Assembly (NCBI GenBank): GCA_963746185.1
Contig: CAVVAE010000003.1
Coordinates: forward strand, 11,387 to 75,386
Direction: 5' to 3'
DNA from: an uncultured Actinomycetota bacterium
GTDB lineage: Bacteria > Actinomycetota > Actinomycetes > Propionibacteriales > Nocardioidaceae
Length of the DNA stretch: 64,000 nucleotides
Notes under the pieces: model-generated
The model's input: the letters and a program-made list of their open reading frames with translations, nothing else
The model's database searches: none
Told to the model about the DNA's origin: nothing
Part shown: one piece after another, positions 9,518-18,452 of the stretch
How positions within the stretch are numbered: position 1 is the stretch's first letter
How the letters are laid out: each line of letters starts with the position of its first letter
Made by a program: the position numbers and the translations under genes

Positions 9518-10095
9518 GTGCGGATCCTTTCCCGTGCCCAACAGTCAGCCAGGTGGTCGTTGACGAGTCCGGCGGCCTGCATCAGGGCGTATGCGGTGGT
9601 CGGCCCCACGAAGGTGAAGCCGCGACGTTTGAGTTCCTTGGCGAGTGCTTTCGACTCCGGCGTCTGGCTCGGTACGTCGGCGAGTGTCTTCGGCGCCGGC
9701 GCGGGCGGCGGGGCGAATGCCCAGATGAGCTCGGTGAGTGACTCGTCGAGGGCGGCGGCAGCGCGCGCATTGGTGAGAGCGGCGTCGATCTTGCCGCGGT
9801 GACGAACGATTCCCGCGTCCGCGAGCAACCTCTCCCGGTCGGTTTCGTCGAAGCCCGCCACTGTCGAGACATCGAAGTCCGCGAACGCAGCTCGGAAGTT
9901 GTCTCGCTTACGCAAGATCGTCAGCCACGACAGGCCCGACTGGAATCCCTCGAGGGTGAGCCGCTCGTAGAGCCCGTTGTCGTCACGAATCGGCTGGCCC
10001 CACTCCGCGTCGTGGTACGTGAGGTAGTCAGGCGTGGACAAGCCCCACGGGCATCGCAGTTCGCCGTCGGGGCCGAGCTGCGCATCGGACGTCAT
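9514..10095 (-). CDS. tag: DNA-3-methyladenine glycosylase I
   Basis: CPWGLSTPDYLTYHDAEWGQP...LTLEGFQSGLSWLTILRKRDNFR is the canonical Tag block. Confidence 0.95.
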   Translation of the reverse strand: MTSDAQLGPDGELRCPWGLSTPDYLTYHDAEWGQPIRDDNGLYERLTLEGFQSGLSWLTILRKRDNFRAAFADFDVSTVAGFDETDRERLLADAGIVRHRGKIDAALTNARAAAALDESLTELIWAFAPPPAPAPKTLADVPSQTPESKALAKELKRRGFTFVGPTTAYALMQAAGLVNDHLADCWARERIRT

Positions 10096-10538
10096 CGGAC
10101 GTCGTCGCTGGTGGAGGCTGGCTGCTCCTCCACAGGTGGCGGTGTCTGGTCTCGGTCCACGACCACCGGGCGTTCGTCGTCGACCGCGTCAGCCGGGGAA
10201 TCGACCGGCCGGTCAGCGACAGCGTCTGCGTCTGCGGCCGCGACCTCACCGTCTGTGGGCTGGTCGCCCTGATGGCTGGACTCCTCGTGCCGCTCCCGGG
10301 CCATCAGGTCGGCTCGCATCCGGTCGATCAGCGCATCGACCTCGTCCATCCGGTAGCCGCGCAGTCCTGTGTTGAGGCGGACGGCGTCCAGGTCATCGGA
10401 GGTCAGCGGCCGCCCGGTGGGGATCCCACGGTCAGCACGGTCTTCATAGACCTCGCCCATCGCGTCGTCACGCCCGGCGGCGAGGATGGCCACCACTCCG
10501 AGCACCACGACGAGAACGACGACCCACAACCAGATCAC
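10092..10538 (-). CDS. DivIVA-domain-containing membrane protein
   Basis: N-terminal TM segment (IWLWVVVLVVVLGVVAILAA) followed by the DivIVA N-domain signature LNTGLRGYRMDEVDALIDRM. Its stop overlaps the tag start. Confidence 0.75.
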   Translation of the reverse strand: MIWLWVVVLVVVLGVVAILAAGRDDAMGEVYEDRADRGIPTGRPLTSDDLDAVRLNTGLRGYRMDEVDALIDRMRADLMARERHEESSHQGDQPTDGEVAAADADAVADRPVDSPADAVDDERPVVVDRDQTPPPVEEQPASTSDDVR

Positions 10539-10594
10539 GAGACAGATCGTGCCACGCTTGGACCGAAACGGTGGTAATCGGGTGAGGAGCGGAC

Positions 10595-11458
10595 GTGTCG
10601 ATGGTGCTGGGACGACGTGACTTCGGCGATGCCGAGGTCGCCGTCATGGCGATCGTCAACCGCACGCCCGACTCGTTCTACGACAAGGGCGCGACCTACG
10701 CCGAAGGTGCCGCGCTCGACCGGGTGGCCGAGGTCGTCGCCGAGGGCGCTGACGTCGTCGACATCGGTGGCGTGAAGGCCGGCTACGGCGACGACGTCGA
10801 TGTGGCGGAGGAGCTACGCCGGACGGCGTCCTTCGTCGACGCGGTCAAAGCGTCGTACCCCGACCTGGTGATCAGCGTCGACACCTGGCGCGCCGAGGTC
10901 GCGCGGGAGTTGGCCCAGCGCGGCGCCGACATCCTCAACGACACCTGGGCGGGAGCCGATCCAGAGGTGGCGGAGGTGGCGGCCGAGTTCGGCGTCGGGC
11001 TCGTGTGCAGCCACACCGGCGGGCTCGGGCCACGCACCGACCCACACCGCGTCGAGTACGACGACGTGGTGGCCGACGTGATCACCACCGTGACGGGACT
11101 GGCGGAGCGGGCAGTGAGCCTGGGCGTCGACCGGCGGCACATCCTCGTCGACCCGACTCACGACTTCGGGAAGAACACCCGGCATTCGCTCGAGCTGACC
11201 CGACGTCTCGACGAACTGGTGGCCACCGGCTGGCCCGTGCTCGTCGCGCTGTCGAACAAGGACTTCGTTGGGGAGACACTCGATGTGTCGACCGAGTTGC
11301 GGCTCACCGGGACGCTGGCCGCCACCGCCATCTCGGCGTGGCACGGGGCACGGGTGTTCCGCGCGCACCAGGTGGCTGAGACGCGGCAGGTACTCGACAT
11401 GGTGGCCTCGATCGCCGGGCGACGCCCTCCAGCGCGAGCTACCCGCGGCCTCGCCTAG
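10595..11458 (+). CDS. folP: Dihydropteroate synthase
   Basis: MAIVNRTPDSFYDKG, DVVDIGG, ILNDTWAG and LVALSNKDF are pterin-binding DHPS motifs. Confidence 0.93.
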   Translation: MSMVLGRRDFGDAEVAVMAIVNRTPDSFYDKGATYAEGAALDRVAEVVAEGADVVDIGGVKAGYGDDVDVAEELRRTASFVDAVKASYPDLVISVDTWRAEVARELAQRGADILNDTWAGADPEVAEVAAEFGVGLVCSHTGGLGPRTDPHRVEYDDVVADVITTVTGLAERAVSLGVDRRHILVDPTHDFGKNTRHSLELTRRLDELVATGWPVLVALSNKDFVGETLDVSTELRLTGTLAATAISAWHGARVFRAHQVAETRQVLDMVASIAGRRPPARATRGLA

Positions 11459-11466
11459 CCGTTGAC

Positions 11467-11539
11467 CCGTCACTTGTGGTTGCGCGAGCCGTCACTTGTG
11501 GTTGCGCGAGCCGTCACCTGTGGTTGCGCGAGCCGTCAT
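11467..11539 (+). repeat. Tandem array of three 22-nt units plus a 7-nt partial unit (CCGTCACTTGTGGTTGCGCGAG)
   Basis: Units at 11467-11488 and 11489-11510 are identical. The unit at 11511-11532 has one substitution. The partial unit CCGTCAT (11533-11539) contains the ybaK stop codon (11536-11538). Confidence 0.95.
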
Positions 11540-12042
11540 CGGGCGATCGACGCTGTCGTCCCGTTCGTGACGCGAAGCAACTCACCGGGTGAAAGCTCGA
11601 CGTCGACGCCGCGTTTGCCAGCTGACACCAGGATCGTGTCGTACGACGTCGCGGACTCGTCGAGCACCACCGGCAACGGCGTACGTCCACCCAGTGGCGA
11701 GATGCCACCGACCACGGATCCGCTGACGCGTTCGGCAACTTCGGGAGGTGCCATCGCGACCTGCTTCTCGCCCAAGACCTGCGCCGCCGCCTTCAGGTCG
11801 AGCTGACCGGACACGGGTACGACGCAGAGCACATACCGCCGCCCCGCCTCGACCATCAGAGTCTTGAAGACACGCTCGGGTTCGACCCCGAGCGCTAGCG
11901 CTGCCTCGGCTCCATACCCGACGGCACTGCTGACGGCATCGCCGTGTTCATAGGTGCGCACGGTGTGCTCCACGTCGGCCTCGACGAGGCGAGTGAGCCC
12001 GCGGCGTAGCCGCTGACCGCTTCTTCTTCGCCACCTAGCCAT
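11536..12042 (-). CDS. ybaK: Cys-tRNA(Pro)/Cys-tRNA(Cys) deacylase, YbaK/EbsC family
   Basis: The blocks ERVFKTLMVEA, VLCVVPVSGQLDLKAAA, GGISPLG and VVLDES...DTILVSAGKRG are YbaK-like. The internal ATG at 12040-12042 is preferred, because the ORF upstream of it is translation of the repeat array. Confidence 0.85.
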   Translation of the reverse strand: MARWRRRSGQRLRRGLTRLVEADVEHTVRTYEHGDAVSSAVGYGAEAALALGVEPERVFKTLMVEAGRRYVLCVVPVSGQLDLKAAAQVLGEKQVAMAPPEVAERVSGSVVGGISPLGGRTPLPVVLDESATSYDTILVSAGKRGVDVELSPGELLRVTNGTTASIAR

Positions 12043-12071
12043 CCTGGCACTGCGCGCGTCATCACTGCCGG

Positions 12072-12138
12072 GTCGCGCAACCACAAATGACGGGTCGCGC
12101 AACCACAAACTGACGGGTCGCGCAACCACAACTGACGG
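12072..12138 (-). repeat. Tandem array of three 22/23-nt units, reverse complement of the 11467-11539 array
   Basis: GTCGCGCAACCACAAATGACGG (12072-12093), GTCGCGCAACCACAAACTGACGG (12094-12116) and GTCGCGCAACCACAACTGACGG (12117-12138). The reverse complement of the first matches the left-array unit at 20 of 22 positions. Confidence 0.95.
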
Positions 12139-12145
12139 GTGAAGT

Positions 12146-12949
12146 TTATTCGGAGCGGTGGGGTTCGACGTGAGGTTGGCCGCCCGGGCCTATCGTCGCT
12201 TCGCGTTCGTGCCGCGCTGCCACCATGATCGCGACCGCTTCGTCGATGTCGTCAGTCAGCCGCAGCAGGTCGAGGTCCTTCTCGCTCACCTTGCCGCCCT
12301 CGAGGACGACGGCACGGATCCATTCAACGAGCCCGCCCCAGTACTTCGTACCGAGCAACACGATCGGGAACGACGTCACCTTCTGGGTCTGCACAAGCGT
12401 GACGGCCTCGAAGATTTCGTCGAACGTGCCGAACCCACCGGGCAGGGCGATGAAGCCTTGCGCGTACTTCACGAACATCGTCTTGCGAGCGAAGAAGTAG
12501 CGGAAGTTGATGCCGATGTTGACCCACTCGTTGATGCCAGACTCGAAGGGCAGCTCGATCCCGAGCCCGACCGACAGCCCACCTGACTGCGAGGCGCCGC
12601 GGTTCGCGGCCTCCATCGCTCCGGGTCCACCTCCGGTGATGACCGCGAATCCCGAGCCCACCAAGGCGGCACCGAGTGCGATCGCCTGTTCGTAGTCAGC
12701 ATCGCCGGGCTTGCTCCGTGCGGAACCGAAGACCGAGATGGCCGGACCGAGCTCGGCCAGCGCGCCGAATCCCTCGACGAACTCCGCCTGGATCCGCAGC
12801 ACCCGCCAGGGATCGGTGTGCACCCAGTCGGTCGGTCCGCGCGAGTCGAGCAAGCGTTGGTCGGTCGTCGAGCTCTGCACCTGCTCACGACGCATGACAA
12901 CAGGGCCACGCCGCTGCTCCCGTTGCCTCGATGGCTGCTGATCAGTCAT
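12146..12949 (-). CDS. LOG family protein (TIGR00730-type nucleotide 5'-monophosphate nucleosidase)
   Basis: Motifs VITGGGPGAMEAANRGA and ALPGGFGTFDEIFEAVTLVQT (PGGxGTxxE). Confidence 0.9.
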   Translation of the reverse strand: MTDQQPSRQREQRRGPVVMRREQVQSSTTDQRLLDSRGPTDWVHTDPWRVLRIQAEFVEGFGALAELGPAISVFGSARSKPGDADYEQAIALGAALVGSGFAVITGGGPGAMEAANRGASQSGGLSVGLGIELPFESGINEWVNIGINFRYFFARKTMFVKYAQGFIALPGGFGTFDEIFEAVTLVQTQKVTSFPIVLLGTKYWGGLVEWIRAVVLEGGKVSEKDLDLLRLTDDIDEAVAIMVAARHEREATIGPGGQPHVEPHRSE

Positions 12950-13034
12950 GCGTCCAACCTATCGGGAGGAACGACCCGGAACTCCCGTGTGCACATATCT
13001 GCACCGACTGTCACCGTGGCGCTGGTCCGTTCGT

Positions 13035-14111
13035 TCAACCTGACGAGGAGAGCCAAGCCGTCATTTGCTCGAGACAGGTGTGCAAGTGGGCCAGCGGCAC
13101 GTGCTCTCCCTGGGTGTGCGCCAGCTCAGGATTTCCTGGTCCGAAGTTGACCGCCGGGATACCCATCGCGCTGAACCGCGCCACATCTGTCCAGCCGAAC
13201 TTCGGGTTCGCCGCACCACCCACGACCGCGAGGAAGGCTGCGGCGGCGGGCAGCGTCAGACCCGGCAGTGCTCCGGGCGCGGAGTCGCGCACCACCACGT
13301 CGAACCCCTCGAACACTTCCCGCAGATGCGCTTCGGCCTCGTCGACTCCACGGTCGGGTGCGAACCGGTGGTTGATCGTCACCGTGCACGAGTCTGGCAA
13401 GACGTTGCCCGCGACCCCTCCACTGATGCCGACGGCGTTGAGTCCCTCGTGGTACTTGAGGCCGTCGATCACCGGACGCCGAGGCTCGTACGACGTGAGA
13501 CGAGCCAGCACCTCCCCGGCGGCGTGGATCGCGTTGACCCCGTTCCACCAGCGGGCGGAGTGTGCGCGAACGCCGCGCGTCGTGACATCGATCCGCATCG
13601 TGCCTTGGCAGCCCGCCTCGATGACAGCGTTGGACGGTTCCATCACCACAGCGAAGTCACCAGCCAGCATCTCCTCGCGCACAGCAGCGATCAACGTGAG
13701 TCCGTTGCGCTCCGCCTCGACCTCCTCCGCTTCGTAGAACACGTAGGTCAGGTCTCGGTTGGGCTGGTCCAGCGTCGCGGCCAACTTCAGCGCCACCGCG
13801 ACACCGCCCTTCATGTCGCACGACCCAAGTCCGTGCAGCGCGTCACCCTCGACCCGAGCCGGCAGGTTGTCGTTGACTGGGACGGTGTCGACATGACCAG
13901 CCACCACGACACGCTCAGGACGTCCGAGCGTCGTACGCGCGACCAACGAGTTCTGATGGCGCCACAGCTCCAACCACGGCACGTCGGCCAGCACGCTTTC
14001 GATCTCGTCACTGATGGTCTTCTCGTTGCCGCTGACGGACTCGATGTCGACCAGTGCGGCAGTCAGATCGACGATGTCGGCATGCGGATCCAGAGACGTC
14101 ATGGCCGCCAT
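13035..14111 (-). CDS. dapE: Succinyl-diaminopimelate desuccinylase
   Basis: M20 peptidase motifs VVVAGHVDTVP and GLGSCDMKGG, adjacent to dapD. The start was chosen at the ATG at 14109-14111 (MAAMTSLD); 14102 is also possible. Confidence 0.88.
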   Translation of the reverse strand: MAAMTSLDPHADIVDLTAALVDIESVSGNEKTISDEIESVLADVPWLELWRHQNSLVARTTLGRPERVVVAGHVDTVPVNDNLPARVEGDALHGLGSCDMKGGVAVALKLAATLDQPNRDLTYVFYEAEEVEAERNGLTLIAAVREEMLAGDFAVVMEPSNAVIEAGCQGTMRIDVTTRGVRAHSARWWNGVNAIHAAGEVLARLTSYEPRRPVIDGLKYHEGLNAVGISGGVAGNVLPDSCTVTINHRFAPDRGVDEAEAHLREVFEGFDVVVRDSAPGALPGLTLPAAAAFLAVVGGAANPKFGWTDVARFSAMGIPAVNFGPGNPELAHTQGEHVPLAHLHTCLEQMTAWLSSSG

Positions 14112-14136
14112 TGTGTCGAAGCCAGCCGCGGCCCCG

Positions 14137-14826
14137 TCACGCGTTCGACGTAAAGGCGCAGAACTCGTTGCCTTCGGGGTCGGCCATGATGTGCCAGCGA
14201 TCCTCCGGAGTCGGTTCGCGCAGCACGGTCGCACCGGCCGAGACGAGGTCGTCCACCGAGTCGACCGTGACGTCCCAGTGGATGCGGTTTTTTACCGTCT
14301 TCGGTTCGGGCACGGGCACGAAGTCCCACCCGTTGTAGGGCAGACCAGGCATGTCCTCGAGCCACCACCAGTCCTTGTCGGCCCGACCGTCGAGCTTCGC
14401 CCCCAGCACCTCAGCCCACCAACTCGCGACAGGCTTGGGATCGACGCAGTCGATCACCAGCTCGTGCAGCCGGTACGCCGGCAGGTCGTCAGGCGCGCGC
14501 ACGAACGCACAGAACTCACCGCCCTCAGGGTCGGCCATCACGGTCCAGGGACGGCCGTACTCCTCGGCAGGTTCGAGCACCTGGGCTCCCAGCTGGACGA
14601 GCTCGTCGATCGACCCGGCATGCACGTCGATATGCACCCGATGCTTCACGCTCTGAGCTTCGGGTACGACGTTCATCCAGACCTGTTGCTCGGGTTTGTC
14701 ACCGACAAGCGCGCCAGCCTCACCGTCAGGCTCGAAGCGCAGCCCGAGCGCGGCCGCCCAGAAGCGGCCGAGTTGCTCGGAGTCACTGGAGTCGATGCAG
14801 AGGTCCTTGTAATGCGCGATCGCCAT
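14137..14826 (-). CDS. VOC/glyoxalase-like two-domain protein
   Basis: Two internally similar halves (HRVHIDVHAGSIDELV...ADPEGGEFCAF and NRIHWDVTVDSVDDLV...ADPEGNEFCAF), typical of duplicated glyoxalase-like folds. Confidence 0.7.
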   Translation of the reverse strand: MAIAHYKDLCIDSSDSEQLGRFWAAALGLRFEPDGEAGALVGDKPEQQVWMNVVPEAQSVKHRVHIDVHAGSIDELVQLGAQVLEPAEEYGRPWTVMADPEGGEFCAFVRAPDDLPAYRLHELVIDCVDPKPVASWWAEVLGAKLDGRADKDWWWLEDMPGLPYNGWDFVPVPEPKTVKNRIHWDVTVDSVDDLVSAGATVLREPTPEDRWHIMADPEGNEFCAFTSNA

Positions 14827-14929
14827 CCGGCGAACCTAGCGACCCACGCCGACAGGCGCATTCGTATTTCTCGGGCGCAAACGCGAGGGGGAACGAGGGA
14901 GGTCTTTTCGCACTGGGTAGCGTTGTGGG

Positions 14930-15871
14930 GTGACCGCCACCGACACGTCAGCCTGGGGCTTCGGCCTGGCCACTCACGACGTCGCTGGCAACGTTCTCGA
15001 CGTCTGGTACCCCGAGCCTGCCCTCGGCCAGGCGCCCGATGACTACCACTCACCGAGCGGCCTGGCCTCACTGGAAGGTCACGACCCGGTGCGCGAAGTC
15101 TCCCGCTCCGTCGTCCACGTCGCCATCGACGACCTGGCAGCGCCGCCGCGTGAGACCGTCGACGTCTGGCTTCGGCTGCACCTGTTGAGCCACCGGCTGG
15201 TCCAGCCGCACGGTCAAAACCTCGACGGAATCTTCGGCCTGCTCACCAACGTCGTCTGGACGACGCTCGGACCCTGCGCCGTCGACGGTTTCGAGCAGAC
15301 CAGGCTCCGAGCCTTCGAGGCCGACAAGAGCATCCAGGTGTTCGGCGTCGACAAGTTCCCGCGGATGGTCGACTACGTCGTCCCGAGCGGGGTGCGGATC
15401 GGGGATGCCGACCGGGTGCGCCTGGGCGCGCATCTCGCGGTGGGCACCACCGTGATGCACGAAGGTTTCGTGAACTTCAACGCCGGCACCCTGGGCAGCT
15501 CAATGATCGAAGGGCGCATCTCAGCCGGTGTGGTCGTCGGTGACCATTCGGACGTGGGTGGCGGCGCGTCGGTCATGGGCACGCTGTCAGGCGGCGGCAC
15601 CGAGGTCATCTCCATCGGGCAGCGTTGCCTGCTCGGCGCCAACGCCGGCGTGGGGATCTCGCTCGGCGACGACTGTGTCGTTGCCGCCGGGTGCTACGTC
15701 ACCGCTGGCACCAAGCTGACGCTGCCGGACGGCTCCATCGTCAAGGCGCGCACACTCTCCGGCGAGTCAGGCTGGCAGTTCTGGCAGAACAGCCTGACCG
15801 GGGCTGTCGAGGCGGTGCGGCGCGACGGTTCGGGTGTGGAGCTCAACGCTGCGCTGCATACGAACTCATAG
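14930..15871 (+). CDS. dapD: 2,3,4,5-tetrahydropyridine-2,6-dicarboxylate N-succinyltransferase
   Basis: Actinobacterial DapD length. Left-handed beta-helix hexapeptide region ([35 protein letters not shown]...[19 protein letters not shown]). Divergent from dapE. Confidence 0.88.
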   Translation: MTATDTSAWGFGLATHDVAGNVLDVWYPEPALGQAPDDYHSPSGLASLEGHDPVREVSRSVVHVAIDDLAAPPRETVDVWLRLHLLSHRLVQPHGQNLDGIFGLLTNVVWTTLGPCAVDGFEQTRLRAFEADKSIQVFGVDKFPRMVDYVVPSGVRIGDADRVRLGAHLAVGTTVMHEGFVNFNAGTLGSSMIEGRISAGVVVGDHSDVGGGASVMGTLSGGGTEVISIGQRCLLGANAGVGISLGDDCVVAAGCYVTAGTKLTLPDGSIVKARTLSGESGWQFWQNSLTGAVEAVRRDGSGVELNAALHTNS

Positions 15872-15882
15872 GCGATCGACTG

Positions 15883-16854
15883 ATGCCGCGTAAACGCACG
15901 GTGATCTTAGGCGTCGTTGCCCTCGGACTGGTGGCAGGCGGCGGCTACATCGCCGTACAGAAGGGGATCGGTCCCCTTCCTGACCCCGAGCGCTGTGTTG
16001 CCACGGTGGATGGCCACAGCGTCGGCATGTCCACCGAACAGGCCGAGAACGCCTCGATCATCGCCGCCGTCGCCGCGCGTCGGGAACTCCCCGCACGGGC
16101 CGTCTCCATCGCGATCGCGACCGCCTTCCAGGAGTCGAAGCTGGAGAACATCAGCGGCGGCGACCGCGACTCGCTCGGGCTCTTCCAACAACGTCCGAGT
16201 CAGGGTTGGGGCACCGAGAAGCAGATCATGGATCCGTACTACGCCAGCAACGCGTTCTACGACGCGCTCGTCAAGGTCGACGGCTACCAGGACATGGAGA
16301 TCACCAAGGCAGCGCAGGCGGTGCAGCACTCGGCGTTTCCCGACGCCTACGCCGACCACGAGCAGGACGGCCGGACCATCGCGAGCGCCATGTCGGGCTA
16401 TAGCGAAGCAGCCTTCACCTGTACGACGGAACAGCCAAACGGAGGGGCCCAGGACATCACCGAGTCGGGGCTTACACCCAGGGCCGAAGAAGTCCGCGAG
16501 GACATCAAGACGTCGTTCGGTGAGTTGCCGCTCGGCGGCTTCGCACCGGGAGGTGTCACGAGTGGACACATGAAGGGCTCGAGCCACTACGAGGGCCGGG
16601 CGATCGACGTCTTCTTCCGGCCGGTCAGTGCCGACAACAGCCGTCGGGGATGGGTGCTCGCGCACTACCTCGTCGCCAACGCCGAACGTCTGGACATCAA
16701 CCACGTCATCTTCGACGACCGCATCTGGACCGCGGGCGACGAGTCGGAGGACGGCTGGCGCAACTTCGACCCGCCTGATGTCTCCAGCGGTACGAGCGCT
16801 GGGACCAGGGAGGTGCTCGAACATCGCGACCACGTCCACGTCGACGTGGTGTGA
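15883..16854 (+). CDS. Conserved exported/membrane-anchored hypothetical protein
   Basis: The ATG at 15883 gives MPRKRTVILGVVALGLVAGGGYIAV (signal/anchor). The conserved-looking block is AFQESKLENISGGDRDSLGLFQQRPSQGWG. The 86 aa upstream in the 409-aa ORF overlap dapD and are R-rich. Confidence 0.6.
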   Translation: MPRKRTVILGVVALGLVAGGGYIAVQKGIGPLPDPERCVATVDGHSVGMSTEQAENASIIAAVAARRELPARAVSIAIATAFQESKLENISGGDRDSLGLFQQRPSQGWGTEKQIMDPYYASNAFYDALVKVDGYQDMEITKAAQAVQHSAFPDAYADHEQDGRTIASAMSGYSEAAFTCTTEQPNGGAQDITESGLTPRAEEVREDIKTSFGELPLGGFAPGGVTSGHMKGSSHYEGRAIDVFFRPVSADNSRRGWVLAHYLVANAERLDINHVIFDDRIWTAGDESEDGWRNFDPPDVSSGTSAGTREVLEHRDHVHVDVV

Positions 16855-16860
16855 CCGTCG

Positions 16861-18003
16861 TCAGAAGAGGCGCTGGGCTGCAGACTCCACGCGCTCATCG
16901 GTAGCGGTCAGCGCAACGCGAACGTGATCGGCGCCGGCCGCACCGTAGAAGTCTCCCGCCGCCACCAGGATGCCGTGTTGGGCGAACCAGCGGACGGTAT
17001 CCATGCAGGCCTCGCCGCGCGTGACCCAGAGGTAGAGCGAGCCCTCGGAGTGGTCGATCCGGAACCCGGCCCTCTTCAACGCATAGCTCAGCATGATCCG
17101 GCGCTCCATATAGAGCTGCCGCTGCTCCTCGATGTGCCCGTCCTCGTTGAGTGCCGCCCGCATCGCGACCTGAACCGGGCCAGGCACCATCAATCCACTG
17201 TGGCGCCGCACCTCTCGCAGGCCGGCGACGATGGCGGGATCACCCGCGACGAAGGCGGCCCGATAGCCAGCCAGGTTGGAACGCTTCGACAATGAGTGGA
17301 CAGCCAGGACGCCGTCGAGCGAACCGCCGTTGACGTTTACGTCGAGGACCGACACCGGCTCGACGTCCCAGGCGCACTCGAAGTAGCACTCGTCCGAAGC
17401 CACCACCGCTCCTCGCTCGCGAGCCCACGTGATGACCTTGCGGACGTGGTCGGCGGGGAGCACTCGGCCGGTCGGATTCGACGGAGAGTTGATCCACACC
17501 AGCGGGACCTTGCGCGGGCCAACGGAGAGCGTGCTGTCGCTGGCCAGGAAGTCGGCGCCGGCGAGGATGGCCCCGACGGCGTACGTCGGATAGGCCACCT
17601 CTGGGATGAGAACCGTGTCGCCGGGTCCGACACCCAGTTGAGACGGCAGTGACGCCACCAGCTCCTTGGAGCCGATGGTCGGGAGCACGGACTCCTCGTC
17701 GAGGTGCATCGAGCCGCAACGCCGCCGGAGGTAGCGGATGATCGCGTCCCGGAGCTCGGTGGTCCCCCACACCGTGGGGTAGCCGGGTGAGTCTGATGCC
17801 GCTTGCAACGCCCTCTGAACGACGAGGGGCGTGGGGTCGACCGGGGTACCGACCGAGAGGTCGACGAGCCCTTCAGGATGTGCTGCGGCCTGCTTCTTGA
17901 CCTCGATGAGCCGGTCCCACGGAAAGTCCGGCAGCGGCCGAGAAACAGACCGCGCCGCCAACCCCGACGGGGCAGACGGCGCGGACGTGGACGCCGCGTC
18001 CAC
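16861..18003 (-). CDS. dapC: Succinyldiaminopimelate aminotransferase (class I PLP aminotransferase)
   Basis: Aminotransferase blocks (INSPSNPTG, HSLSKRSNLAGYR with the PLP lysine) and the actinobacterial dapC-fdx pairing. Confidence 0.82.
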   Translation of the reverse strand: MDAASTSAPSAPSGLAARSVSRPLPDFPWDRLIEVKKQAAAHPEGLVDLSVGTPVDPTPLVVQRALQAASDSPGYPTVWGTTELRDAIIRYLRRRCGSMHLDEESVLPTIGSKELVASLPSQLGVGPGDTVLIPEVAYPTYAVGAILAGADFLASDSTLSVGPRKVPLVWINSPSNPTGRVLPADHVRKVITWARERGAVVASDECYFECAWDVEPVSVLDVNVNGGSLDGVLAVHSLSKRSNLAGYRAAFVAGDPAIVAGLREVRRHSGLMVPGPVQVAMRAALNEDGHIEEQRQLYMERRIMLSYALKRAGFRIDHSEGSLYLWVTRGEACMDTVRWFAQHGILVAAGDFYGAAGADHVRVALTATDERVESAAQRLF

Positions 18004-18014
18004 GGGTCTAGGGC

Positions 18015-18341
18015 CTAGCCTTCTTGGGCTTGAGGCGGCAGCGCGGCGATCAGCGGGTGGTCCTTGTCGATCACACCGAGCTTGGCGGCGCCACCGGGCG
18101 AGCCGAGGTCATCGAAGAACTCGACGTTCGCGGCGTAGTAGTCCTTCCACTTCTCAGGAGTGTCGTCTTCGTAGAAGATCGCCTCCACGGGACAGACCGG
18201 TTCACAGGCGCCGCAATCCACACATTCATCGGGGTGGATGTAGAGCATCCGCTGGCCTTCGTAGATGCAGTCGACGGGGCATTCGTCGACGCAGGCCAGG
18301 TCCTTCAGATCCACGCACGGCTGCGCGATGACGTACGTCAT
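18015..18341 (-). CDS. fdxA: 7Fe ferredoxin
   Basis: MTYVIAQPCVDLKDLACVDECPVDCIYEG...HPDECVDCGACEPVCPVEAI carries the [3Fe-4S]/[4Fe-4S] cysteine motifs. Confidence 0.95.
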   Translation of the reverse strand: MTYVIAQPCVDLKDLACVDECPVDCIYEGQRMLYIHPDECVDCGACEPVCPVEAIFYEDDTPEKWKDYYAANVEFFDDLGSPGGAAKLGVIDKDHPLIAALPPQAQEG

Positions 18342-18452
18342 CTTGGTCCTCCTCGATCATGGTCCTCTGCCCCGCCTGGGCGCAGTAGGGCTACAACACA
18401 ACTAGTATCTACGCCGCACCCATACCTGCGAAATCCAGGTCCACTCATTGGA

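Noticed and set aside
11467-12138. The short direct-repeat arrays might be a CRISPR array.
   Set aside because: The 22-nt units abut each other with no spacers. There are only three units per array, the two arrays are inverted around a housekeeping gene, and no cas genes are present.
15625-15882. Upstream extension of the 409-aa ORF.
   Set aside because: It overlaps the 3' end of dapD in another frame and is R-rich. A proper signal-anchor starts at the ATG at 15883.
18024-18452. 5' part of the 466-aa plus-strand ORF.
   Set aside because: It is antisense to the unmistakable ferredoxin gene (18015-18341). GNAT similarity only begins downstream.
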